DNA of 14,995 nt from an uncultured archaeon (GCA_964510585.1 CAZECW010000019.1:1-14995); one strand, 5' to 3'. Positions 1-8,717 are shown, numbered from the stretch's first letter. The notes: a model not told the origin generated them from the letters alone. A program made the numbers and translations.

Positions 1-247
1 AAAAGGGAGAGGGGGGGGTGGGGGGGGACAAGCCCTCATAACAGAGCTGGCACCTAAAGGCGGTTGGATAGCAAGAAATCTCTTCTACAAACCAATCCTG
101 ATTCATAACACAAATCAAGCATTGGGAAAAAAAGTTAATGTGAGGGTGTACAGTGCGAAGTCAGGATATTTGGAAGGTGAAATAGTAGAGAATAATCCAG
201 AAGCGCATGAGAAAAATTCCAGTATGACACCAATAAATTCCATATAG
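1..247 (+). CDS. 3' end (TRAM domain) of a MiaB/MtaB-like tRNA methylthiotransferase, partial
   Basis: Frame 2 translated by hand: GQALITELAPKGGWIARNLFYKPILIHNTNQALGKKVNVRVYSAKSGYLEGEIVE...SI*, stop TAG 245-247. The ARN..YKPI...LG..V.V....YL.G pattern resembles the TRAM tail of archaeal methylthiotransferases. The first ~27 nt are G-rich and unreliable. Confidence 0.7.
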   Translation, partial: KGRGGGGGGQALITELAPKGGWIARNLFYKPILIHNTNQALGKKVNVRVYSAKSGYLEGEIVENNPEAHEKNSSMTPINSI

Positions 248-460
248 AAACGCGCCAATAGTCTTTTGGAAATAATGGAGATTACACGAAAAATCTTTCG
301 AAAAGAACCAATTTAAACTGGATTCAAGTATCAAAAGAGCCTAATAATAAAAATGTGGGTGAAAAATCCACCAAAACTTCAAGAAGAAACTATAAAAACA
401 CATTTAGGAAAAACAAGGGGAAAAAGACATACTTCCGGGTTAAGGTGTGTCTCCCATATA

Positions 461-505
461 TAATGTGAGTATTACTTAAGTATTAAACAAAAACTACTCA
501 CATTA
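461..505. promoter_or_regulatory. Putative operator upstream of the RHH-ftsZ operon
   Basis: Perfect 11-bp inverted repeat TAATGTGAGTA (461-471) / TACTCACATTA (495-505). AGTATTA occurs at 468-474 and 479-485. Palindrome TACTTAAGTA at 473-482. Confidence 0.55.
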
Positions 506-560
506 AAATCGTAGATTAAAAAAGAATAAACGTAAGATTCTATAACATGGGGGTGGTCGT

Positions 561-731
561 ATAATTCTCGTGACAGTGCATCTCCCCGAAGCTTATTTGG
601 AAGGCTTAGAACAACTTGTGAAAAGTAAAATATATCCAAACAGAAGCGAAGCGATTAGAGTAGCTGTTAGAGACCTACTGAAAAGAGAACTATGGGAAAG
701 ACAACTATTTTTCAGGGGCGCAGGACACTAA
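561..731 (+). CDS. cdrS: Ribbon-helix-helix (CopG/CdrS-like) transcriptional regulator, not in the ORF track
   Basis: IILVTVHLPEAYLEGLEQLVKSKIYPNRSEAIRVAVRDLLKRELWERQLFFRGAGH*, stop TAA 729-731. It has the RHH YPNRSEAIR motif and lies directly upstream of ftsZ, as in the haloarchaeal cdrS-ftsZ2 arrangement. Start is uncertain (ATA 561, ATT 564 or GTG 570). Confidence 0.85.
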   Translation: MILVTVHLPEAYLEGLEQLVKSKIYPNRSEAIRVAVRDLLKRELWERQLFFRGAGH

Positions 732-764
732 ACGAAATCTAAGCAGATCTCAGGTTTTGGGTGG

Positions 765-1934
765 GTGTCAATGACAATAAATGGCATAATTAGGGGCGCG
801 TTGCAAAACGCTAGGGCAAACCAAGAACAAGGAGCCAACAGAAAACCGGGATCAGCCAGAATACTAGTTGTAGGAACTGGAGGCGCTGGAAACAACACAG
901 TAAACAGAATAATGCAAATAGGTATACAGGGGGCCAAGTGCATAGCGGTCAACACCGACCAGCAACACCTGGACGTAACTAAAGCACACGTCAAACTACT
1001 AATAGGAAGAAACACAACTCGCGGCTTAGGAGCCGGGGGATACCCCAGAATTGGAGAAGCTGCAGCGGAGGAAAGCAGGGAAGAATTAGCCGAAATTCTT
1101 TCTGATGCGGACCTGGTTTTTGTGGCTGCAGGAATGGGAGGTGGAACCGGAACCGGCAGTGCACCAATCATTGCGGATATAGCAAAAAAGATGGGAAGCA
1201 TTGTTGTAGGCGTTGTAACCATGCCCTTCAATGTGGAGAGAGGCAGAATGATAAAAGCCAAGCAGGGCCTCAGAAAACTCCGATACTACTCCGATACAGT
1301 GGTGGTTATAGACAATAACAGACTCTTGGATCTAGTGCCAAATCTGCCCATAGAAGAAGCATTCAGTGTTGCAGATGAAATACTAGCAAATATGGTAAAA
1401 GGGATAACAGAGTGCATATCTATTCCAAGTTTAATCAACTTGGACTACGCGGATGTACGTAGCATACTCACCGATGGTGGAGTGGCCATGGTAGGAATAG
1501 GGGAAGGCGAAGGCGAAAACCGAGTAGAAAAGGCGGTAAAAAACGCCTTAGACTGCCCACTCCTAGATGTGGATATAGTAGGTGCAACCGGAGCATTGAT
1601 ACACGTTACTGGAGGCAACGACTTAACTCTATCCGAAGCCACTCTCGCCGCAGAATTGGTCACCGACAAAATGATTGAAGATGCCAACGTAATCTGGGGC
1701 GCCAGAAAAGACCCCCGAGCTGAAGGCATGGTTAGAGTTATACTAATTCTGACTGGCGTCACAAGCCCACAGCTTTTAGGACCAACAAACGTTATACCAG
1801 ATTTAGCCTCCTTAGAACCCCTAACAGACTACGAAAAGAAGCCCAGCATAATGAGGGATAACGAGCCACTATTCCCCTTATTTACCGAAGATTCAAATGA
1901 AACAGACAGAGACTTAGGTATTCCACGCATCTAA
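765..1934 (+). CDS. ftsZ: Cell division protein FtsZ (FtsZ2-like)
   Basis: GTGGAGNN loop, AVNTD, signature GMGGGTGTG and T7 loop NLDYADV. The true start may be ATG 771, judged by spacing from the SD-like GGGTGG. Confidence 0.97.
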   Translation: MSMTINGIIRGALQNARANQEQGANRKPGSARILVVGTGGAGNNTVNRIMQIGIQGAKCIAVNTDQQHLDVTKAHVKLLIGRNTTRGLGAGGYPRIGEAAAEESREELAEILSDADLVFVAAGMGGGTGTGSAPIIADIAKKMGSIVVGVVTMPFNVERGRMIKAKQGLRKLRYYSDTVVVIDNNRLLDLVPNLPIEEAFSVADEILANMVKGITECISIPSLINLDYADVRSILTDGGVAMVGIGEGEGENRVEKAVKNALDCPLLDVDIVGATGALIHVTGGNDLTLSEATLAAELVTDKMIEDANVIWGARKDPRAEGMVRVILILTGVTSPQLLGPTNVIPDLASLEPLTDYEKKPSIMRDNEPLFPLFTEDSNETDRDLGIPRI

Positions 1935-2127
1935 CCGATCTTCAAAACTCTTTTATGGGGAAGTAAGTATCCTTCGCTTCTACCTTTTTAATTCTTCAAA
2001 TAGAGATAAATGCAGCCCATTAAAATTGTACCACAGTCAATTGTTCTTTTTTTAGCACTTCCATTATTTTGTGGTTATGTAGCACATGTCGGAAATTGAT
2101 AAGTCATGTCAAATCGAATAATTAAAG

Positions 2128-2397
2128 TTATTTATAAACAGTTTTGTATCTGACCACGTGAAAATGAGGATGGTCAGGGATAGATGACCGCCACATTCGG
2201 AAATAAACTTCGCCAAATAGTTCACGACACTTGGCTTTGGCTTTTTCATACATTTCTTCTGGAACCTCTTCGTGGGAGCGGAACACCACCATGGGTACTC
2301 TGCACAAATCGCATTCTATTATGACATAGTCTTCACACTCAAAATACCATGTGGTTATCTTTTTCAGTTCACATAGCTCACAGACCACATCTATCAA
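2128..2397 (-). CDS. Small HIT-like protein with two CxxC motifs
   Basis: 89 aa, TTG start. CELC near the N-terminus, CDLC internally and a C-terminal HPHFHV histidine triad. Confidence 0.65.
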   Translation of the reverse strand: MIDVVCELCELKKITTWYFECEDYVIIECDLCRVPMVVFRSHEEVPEEMYEKAKAKCRELFGEVYFRMWRSSIPDHPHFHVVRYKTVYK

Positions 2398-2576
2398 CTC
2401 TCAACCATTAAATTGTTGTGCTTAATTTATTAGGGTGATATGTATTTTTAAGATTTTAGTTGTTTAAAGAGTTTTTTGTGTTCCTCCAGCTGGAGATTTA
2501 AAAATCTCTGAATCTATTCGGAGGCCCGCATATCGCCTTGAGGAAATGTTTGAATAGTTGTATTGTTTTTGAGTGT

Positions 2577-3047
2577 TTATAGTTGAATTATTTTATTTCC
2601 TCCAGACCTTTTGGCTTTTTGCAATGCTTTCCAAGCCCTGTTTCCTAGAGGGCTTTTAACTATCTCTCTTCTACTTTGGGGTTTTAGGTTATAGATGTTT
2701 CCGTAGGCTACTCCAATGCTTATAGTGGCGTTGGATTTTGTCTTTTTTCCCAGCGTCTCAATTTCTTTTCGAATGTTTTCCAAGTCGCGGTTTAATTCTT
2801 CTACGTCTGGCTCTACCACTTCCAAGTAAGCTTCCTCTGTTCCTCTTTCCTTGTCTAGTCCCCATAAGATGTTAGCGGTGTGTTTTGAGGCGAATAATTG
2901 TATTAGTTGAGTAAGATTTCCGGTGATTGCATTGGGCTTGAATTCTGTCCAACCCATTTTTTTCATAACTTCTTTAAAGTTATCTAGGTCTAGGAATATG
3001 CCAGCCCCACTAGTTTGAGGCCCCATTTCTTTCTTTATTTCTCGCAT
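2577..3047 (-). CDS. Stand-alone GGDEF-like (nucleotidyl cyclase palm) domain protein with a degenerate signature
   Basis: FLDLDNFKEV at the N-terminus and TISIGVA...KALQKAKRSGGNKI at the C-terminus match GGDEF hallmarks. RGTEEA sits at the expected GG(D/E)EF position. The start overlaps the tgtA end by 13 nt. Confidence 0.7.
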   Translation of the reverse strand: MREIKKEMGPQTSGAGIFLDLDNFKEVMKKMGWTEFKPNAITGNLTQLIQLFASKHTANILWGLDKERGTEEAYLEVVEPDVEELNRDLENIRKEIETLGKKTKSNATISIGVAYGNIYNLKPQSRREIVKSPLGNRAWKALQKAKRSGGNKIIQL

Positions 3048-4657
3048 TGGGTTGCTTCCGTTAAAAGTTTTTGTAAGTCTTCCAAGTTCTTTTTCAAGTT
3101 TGGTTCTTCTTCTACCCTAATTACGTGTAAGTCTATGTTTTTTTCACTACAGGCTTTTCGTATGAGCTCAAAGGTATCCTCCTCTGGAGGCGCGAGTTGA
3201 ATAATGACTTTGCGGTAATTGTGAGTTTTCAAGTAGCGGGTTATGACTTTGGTGGTGTGCTGCAGGGTTATGGGGTCAGGTTTTAGATTTATATGCTGTG
3301 ATAGGGGGTAAACTTCTTCTAGTTCTAGGGGTATCAATCCAAAAATTGTGGATTTGGTTGCTATCTGAATTTTTTTCTGGTAGTCTTCTGGTAAGTTCTT
3401 AATTATTTTGATTATTTCTGAGTGTTCTTTGGATTTGTGGAAGGGTTTGGTTTTGGGCTCTATAAGTATCAGGAGCGTGTCTGTTTCTTCTGGTTGTGGA
3501 AATGTTTCCAATTTTTTCAGGTGGCGGGTGACTTCTGGCCTTTTTAGTGTTTCTGGGCCGCAGTAGAAGATAGCATGGGGCTTGGTTGTGGGAGTGAAGA
3601 TTTCTAGAAAATCACTGTATTCCCCCAGTCTCCTTAGGGCTTCAAGTAGGTAGGGGTGGGATCTAGCCCTTAGTTCTAGCAGTTCCCAGAGTGTTCCCTC
3701 TAATATGGATTGGCGAATTATTTGTACCTCCATTAGTGAAACGTAAAGGTTGTGTCTGGCTAGTAGCGCTTCTCTTTCTTTTTGTGGTTTTTCCAAGACT
3801 TCTTGGGGGGAATTCTCTCTGCACACTGGGCAAACACATATATCATATTTGAGTTCCTCCAGCCTTACTGTGCCTGTGGGGGTTAGATATCTATTATTTC
3901 TGGCGTATAGTGAATAAGCAGCTGAGTCGAATGTATCGATACCCATAGCCACTGCTAGAGAAAACATCATAGGGTGCCCTGCTCCGAACAAGTGGACTGG
4001 CCTTTGTAGGGGTAGGTTCTGTTTCGCGGCCATAACTAGGTCAACCAACTTTTCAAACTGGTACCTTTCCATGAGTTGTGTGACGCTACCGATGGCGTGC
4101 AAGTCAAAGTCTAGTTTTCCAACTTCCCTAGCACAATATTTAACTAGGTCTAGATATACGCCTCCTTGAACTGGGCCAACCCAGAGTATGTCGTCTCGTG
4201 TTCTTTGTGTTTGGCTGTCTTCAGCGTTCTTTATAGTCTGTTTCACCCCATTCTCTACTTCTGAATAGGTGGCATCAACACTTGAAGGTATATCTAGGAT
4301 TATTGCGATATCGGTGTTAATTTCTTCCTGTACTTTTATAACCTCTTCTGAGGATATGTCAACCTCGCCGTATACCAGTAGTTGATAGGCTCCACTATCG
4401 GTCATTATGGGCCCCGGGAAGTTTAAAAAATTGTGAAGCCCTTCCTTCTTGGCTTGTTCATAGAAATTCTTCTTGATAAGGAAGGCATTGGTGATGATTG
4501 CTTCACATTTGAACTCCTTCTTCATAGTGTTGGGTGGGATAATTTGGTTTTTGGGATCTATGACTGGTAGTAGTGCCGGGGTTTGAAAACTTCCGCTTTT
4601 TGTTTTGATTTGGCCGATTCTAGCCATTAGATCGCGGTATTTTATTTCAAAAACCAT
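3035..4657 (-). CDS. tgtA: Archaeosine tRNA-guanine(15) transglycosylase
   Basis: TDSGAYQ, GPVQGG, HLFGAGHP and DTFDSAAY motifs, Zn site CVCPVC...HN. No obvious PUA domain at the C-terminus. Confidence 0.93.
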   Translation of the reverse strand: MVFEIKYRDLMARIGQIKTKSGSFQTPALLPVIDPKNQIIPPNTMKKEFKCEAIITNAFLIKKNFYEQAKKEGLHNFLNFPGPIMTDSGAYQLLVYGEVDISSEEVIKVQEEINTDIAIILDIPSSVDATYSEVENGVKQTIKNAEDSQTQRTRDDILWVGPVQGGVYLDLVKYCAREVGKLDFDLHAIGSVTQLMERYQFEKLVDLVMAAKQNLPLQRPVHLFGAGHPMMFSLAVAMGIDTFDSAAYSLYARNNRYLTPTGTVRLEELKYDICVCPVCRENSPQEVLEKPQKEREALLARHNLYVSLMEVQIIRQSILEGTLWELLELRARSHPYLLEALRRLGEYSDFLEIFTPTTKPHAIFYCGPETLKRPEVTRHLKKLETFPQPEETDTLLILIEPKTKPFHKSKEHSEIIKIIKNLPEDYQKKIQIATKSTIFGLIPLELEEVYPLSQHINLKPDPITLQHTTKVITRYLKTHNYRKVIIQLAPPEEDTFELIRKACSEKNIDLHVIRVEEEPNLKKNLEDLQKLLTEATQCEK

Positions 4658-4672
4658 TTTGGGTGCAGCGTC

Positions 4673-6004
4673 CTATTCCTTCCAGCCTATTCCCTTATAC
4701 TTGAACCCCTTTCTCTTAACAGTATCGGGGTCCAGTATCCTTCTCCCATCGACGATGAAGCGGTTCCGCATTAATCCTTTTATTTCGGGTAGGGGCAGAT
4801 TTTTGAATTCGTCCCACTCAGTAACTATTAATAAGCAATCAGCATTTTTTACGGCTTCTAGGATATTTGGAGCATATTTTATTTTCTTTCCAAAAATTTT
4901 TTTGGCATTATCCATGGCAGCGGGGTCGTAGACTGCGACTTTTGCCTTTTCGCTCAATAAAGTGGAAATTATTTTTATAGAAGGCGCTTCTCGCATATCA
5001 TCTGTATTGGGTTTAAATGACAGCCCCAGTACGGTAATATTTTTATCATTAAGGTTCCCCAGAAGTTCCTTTGCAAGTTCAATTAATTTTAGTGGTTGAT
5101 TTTTATTTACTTCTAACACCGAATTCAACAGTATGGGATTAACGCCCACACTTTTTGAGGCTGAGATTAGTGCCTGCACATCCTTAGGAAAACAGGAGCC
5201 GCCAAAACCGGCGCCTGCATTTAAAAAGTGGGGATTGATTCTAAAGTCCAAGCCTATTCCCTCAGCCACCTTATTGACGTCCACCCCGAGTTCTTTGCAG
5301 ATATTGGCAATTTCGTTTATGAAGGAAACTTTTGTTGCAAGAAAAGCGTTGTTGGCGTACTTTATCATTTCCGCCGTGCGAATATCGGTTCTCAAAATGG
5401 TTGAATTAAAAGGCTTAAAAATTCCCTCTAGGAAATCTCCCGCTTTTTCGTTGTTGCTTCCGATTATTATTCTGTCAGGATTTCTAAAATCATAAACCGC
5501 GGAACCCTCCCTGAGAAATTCGGGATTAGAACAGACACCGAAATCTACCCCCTCTTGTTTTTTAGAGTTTTTCTCAATTATGGGTATAACAACGCGTTCC
5601 GTGGTTCCTGGAATCACAGTGCTTTTAACCACCACAACGTGATAAGAATTTTTTTCCGCCAAGCCTTTTCCAATGGTCTCGGAAGCAGATCTTACTGCCG
5701 TTAGGTCAATTTTCCCCTTCACAGTGGGAGTTCCCACGGTAATGAAGGTTAATTCAGATTCTACCACTGCTTTCTGGATGTCTGTTGTCGCAAGGAGCTT
5801 GTTTCCTTCCAGCGCCTTTTTTATTAGCTCCGGAACCCCTGGCTCAAATATGGGAGATTTACCCTTATTAACCAAATCAATTTTTTCTTTGTCAATATCG
5901 GCACAGATCACATTGTAGCCCATATCGGCTAAACATGCACTAGTCACAATTCCAACATAACCGAGCCCAACAACAGAAATTATTTTTATTTCATAGTCAA
6001 GCAT
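4673..6004 (-). CDS. ugd: UDP-glucose/GDP-mannose family nucleotide-sugar dehydrogenase
   Basis: GLGYVG Rossmann motif, NPEFLREGSA, KYANNAFLA, catalytic GFGGSCFPKD and LSFKPNTDDMREAP. Confidence 0.92.
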   Translation of the reverse strand: MLDYEIKIISVVGLGYVGIVTSACLADMGYNVICADIDKEKIDLVNKGKSPIFEPGVPELIKKALEGNKLLATTDIQKAVVESELTFITVGTPTVKGKIDLTAVRSASETIGKGLAEKNSYHVVVVKSTVIPGTTERVVIPIIEKNSKKQEGVDFGVCSNPEFLREGSAVYDFRNPDRIIIGSNNEKAGDFLEGIFKPFNSTILRTDIRTAEMIKYANNAFLATKVSFINEIANICKELGVDVNKVAEGIGLDFRINPHFLNAGAGFGGSCFPKDVQALISASKSVGVNPILLNSVLEVNKNQPLKLIELAKELLGNLNDKNITVLGLSFKPNTDDMREAPSIKIISTLLSEKAKVAVYDPAAMDNAKKIFGKKIKYAPNILEAVKNADCLLIVTEWDEFKNLPLPEIKGLMRNRFIVDGRRILDPDTVKRKGFKYKGIGWKE

Positions 6005-6051
6005 AATCCGTGGTCTCCAGCAAATTTACCGAGATTTGAAGTTGGCTAAGT

Positions 6052-6633
6052 TTAAAAAATTTTACGTCCTTTAATTGAAAGTCGCGGCTCTAATTTTTGT
6101 TTTACCACTTGACGAGGATTCAAAAGTTTAAGACCGTTTTTTGCGACTGGGTCTTTGGCTTCGCGTGTTATAATCTGGTCATTCTTCAGATCAATTAGAA
6201 AAATAGCGAGCTCCCTCTTTTGGTACCTTTTGACGAAATCTATTGCTCTATCAGTGAAACCATGTTCGGAAACTATTCCCAGCCAGGCCCAAGTAATATC
6301 ATTTTTCGCCATGTAAACCCTAGTGGCGCGCACCACCCGTTGCAAAAAAGAAACTTTAGGTTCTCTTGCCTTTTCTATAAAGAATATTGCTCCAGTATCC
6401 CAATCTGGCACAGTCATAGCCGCCGACATCTTCGCTAAAAAGAAGCCTCCCACCCTTTTCATGTTACCCTTTATCGCCAAATCCGCTTTAGCTATGCCTA
6501 AATCAACATTCCTCTCAGTCTCGTACCAGCTTGATACACTTTTACCCTTCCCATAAATCATCCTCTCAACCTTATTTAGATACTCATCGATATCCATGGG
6601 GACACCACTAAAAGTAAATTGATTTCTCTCCAT
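6052..6633 (-). CDS. Hypothetical protein, 193 aa
   Basis: Long ATG-started ORF with protein-like alpha/beta composition, co-oriented with its neighbours. No family recognised. Confidence 0.75.
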   Translation of the reverse strand: MERNQFTFSGVPMDIDEYLNKVERMIYGKGKSVSSWYETERNVDLGIAKADLAIKGNMKRVGGFFLAKMSAAMTVPDWDTGAIFFIEKAREPKVSFLQRVVRATRVYMAKNDITWAWLGIVSEHGFTDRAIDFVKRYQKRELAIFLIDLKNDQIITREAKDPVAKNGLKLLNPRQVVKQKLEPRLSIKGRKIF

Positions 6634-6798
6634 TAGTCTTTTCTAAAACACTTATTTAAGAGTATGGTTTAAAAAATAGGAGAAGTCTACTCGGACCAGG
6701 TTCAAACCCTGTATATAAAACAAGCTTAACAGTTGGAATATCATTGTTATTTGAATAGTAATTTGAATTTGGCTATTTAACCTCTTAATTCTGAAGTC

Positions 6799-7743
6799 TT
6801 ATCCTTCCACACGCCAATATCTTTTAATCCCCTCTTTTGTTAAATCTATTAGATATCCTTTGAGTATACCTTCACCGTATTCTGACCCGGGATTGACGCA
6901 TAATGTTCTCCCATATCTTTTCTCGCCGGCCGATTCATGAACATGACCGTGTAGACCCAGCTTCGGCATGTATTTTTTCATGAGTTTTTGAAGCGATTTA
7001 GAGCCTACCGGAACAAATTCTGGTTTGCCCATAACATATTTTACTCGCATGTTTTTGTCAAGCTTGGGAGCCAGATCCAAATTGCTCTTGTAGGGTGGGA
7101 CGTGAAAGTTACAGATTAGGTTATCATAACTGTCAACCCGCTTAAACTCGGTTTCGAGTTTTTTACCCAACTCTTCTTCGGATACCTCTCTTGGTGAATT
7201 CCAAGGCGTGGGATTCGACCAGCAGCAGCTTATCATTTCATGGTCTCTGTCTATTTCTACAACTTTCTCTTCTGGATAAATTACTCGTTCACTCTCTTTG
7301 ATTACGTCATCGATAACAAATCTATCATCGTTTCCGGGTGAGAGTATGATTTTGACATTTTTATTAACCCGCCCATCTGCCATCCCCAGCCATCTTCTCA
7401 GCTCTTCAACCATGAGAACGTCAAAAAGTTTATCTACCTTCTTTTTGTCAGCTTCGAGCTCCTCAACTTCACTCTCACTACAAACGTAAGGATAGTAACC
7501 GCTGAACCTTATCTTGCTTTTTATGTCTTCAACCTCTTGTTTGGTAGTTAATGTGTAATCATTTCCAAAAACTGAAGTGGTGAACGTCCCGTTTTTATGT
7601 TCAACTATGGGAATTATAAGTTTTCCAGTCACATCCCCGCCCATGATGATAACGTCTGCTTTGTAGAATTCTGCGGCATTTAGGAATTTCACCCAGCATT
7701 TTTCTGAACCATGGATGTCTGATGTGAAAAATATAAGAGTCAA
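6799..7743 (-). CDS. Calcineurin-like (Icc-related) metallophosphoesterase
   Basis: All five metal-binding motifs are present: SDIHG, GGDVTG, PGNDD, HVPP and GLHGHVHE. Confidence 0.9.
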   Translation of the reverse strand: MTLIFFTSDIHGSEKCWVKFLNAAEFYKADVIIMGGDVTGKLIIPIVEHKNGTFTTSVFGNDYTLTTKQEVEDIKSKIRFSGYYPYVCSESEVEELEADKKKVDKLFDVLMVEELRRWLGMADGRVNKNVKIILSPGNDDRFVIDDVIKESERVIYPEEKVVEIDRDHEMISCCWSNPTPWNSPREVSEEELGKKLETEFKRVDSYDNLICNFHVPPYKSNLDLAPKLDKNMRVKYVMGKPEFVPVGSKSLQKLMKKYMPKLGLHGHVHESAGEKRYGRTLCVNPGSEYGEGILKGYLIDLTKEGIKRYWRVEG

Positions 7744-8072
7744 TACTCATCCTCCACTATTAAATTTAATTTTTACAAAAAGACTAATTTCTAATAAATC
7801 TTTCCAATAATTAACCAGATACAATGCAACATATGTGTCTCTTAGAAAGCTAAAAGTAAAGGAAAAATAAGTCATCTCTCCCGATTTAAAGCTTATCATA
7901 TGAATTGATGAAACACATTCACGCCCCAAACATTAAAAACACATTATCCATCACAAATGCGAAAATTTATGGATTAGAAATAAGCCACTAAAACCCACAA
8001 AAAAGGTACTGAATTTTAAAAAAGTTTACCACAAAAACATGTTTGGCGTCGAGGAGTATTTTTTTGGTAATT

Positions 8073-8717
8073 TTAAGCGTTTTGGATTTTTCTCCAGATT
8101 TTTTCCATTAGTTCCTCATAAGTAGTTCCTTTTGCAATTCTACTTATTATTTCTCGAAAACTCTTAACCTGGTCAACTAATGGCTTCGCTTCTTCGGGTA
8201 ATCCTTTCAAATTATAAAGTTCAATTCTGGTAGCGTGAATTATTGATTCTAATATTAAACCAGGGGCTCTGCAGGCGGGTGTGGCGCATGAATCAATTAC
8301 TTCTGCGTTTTTTACGCTAAATACCACTTCGCATCTGTCTTCATCGATTTTTTGCATACTATCTACTGTAACTTCTATATAGGCCGAAGCGGAGACTAGG
8401 ATTGGTGCATTTACAACCTTTGAGGGTTTGAATATTTCCTTTTCCAGACTCTTTTTATCTAGTGAAGCTCTATAAAAAAGAGCAATATCATTTGTAATAT
8501 TTATCACAGCGCATCTTTTTTCTTTGATGTTTCTGTAGGTTTGACTTGAAGTAAATATTTTTGCCACAATTTTCTCCATGTCTGGAGTGCTTATTCCCAT
8601 CGGCGCCGCGTTAGGCTTAGAACTCCTATCATAAGTTGTGAATATGGTCTCATATACGCAGTTTGGAATAATCTTTAATTTTTTAAGTATCTCAGATCCC
8701 ATGCCATTCTCAACCAC
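8073..8717 (-). CDS. DUF447 family protein (FMN split-barrel-like)
   Basis: YETIFTT...PNAAPMGI...SQTYRNI...VINIT and C-terminal ILESIIHATRI patterns. Confidence 0.8.
   Translation of the reverse strand: MVENGMGSEILKKLKIIPNCVYETIFTTYDRSSKPNAAPMGISTPDMEKIVAKIFTSSQTYRNIKEKRCAVINITNDIALFYRASLDKKSLEKEIFKPSKVVNAPILVSASAYIEVTVDSMQKIDEDRCEVVFSVKNAEVIDSCATPACRAPGLILESIIHATRIELYNLKGLPEEAKPLVDQVKSFREIISRIAKGTTYEELMEKIWRKIQNA

Noticed and set aside
1-28. G-rich run as a G-quadruplex or poly-Gly tract
   Set aside because: It lies at the sequence edge inside an otherwise normal gene and resembles low-quality G-calling at a contig end. It should be checked against reads.
728-1762. Antisense ORFs 728-1261 and 1445-1762
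   Set aside because: Shadow frames of ftsZ with no recognisable motifs.
3015-7929. Short overlapping ORFs (3015, 4605, 5133, 5673, 6220, 6323, 7298, 7747)
   Set aside because: Most overlap well-supported genes on the other strand or in another frame. 7747-7929 is low-complexity AT-rich intergenic sequence.
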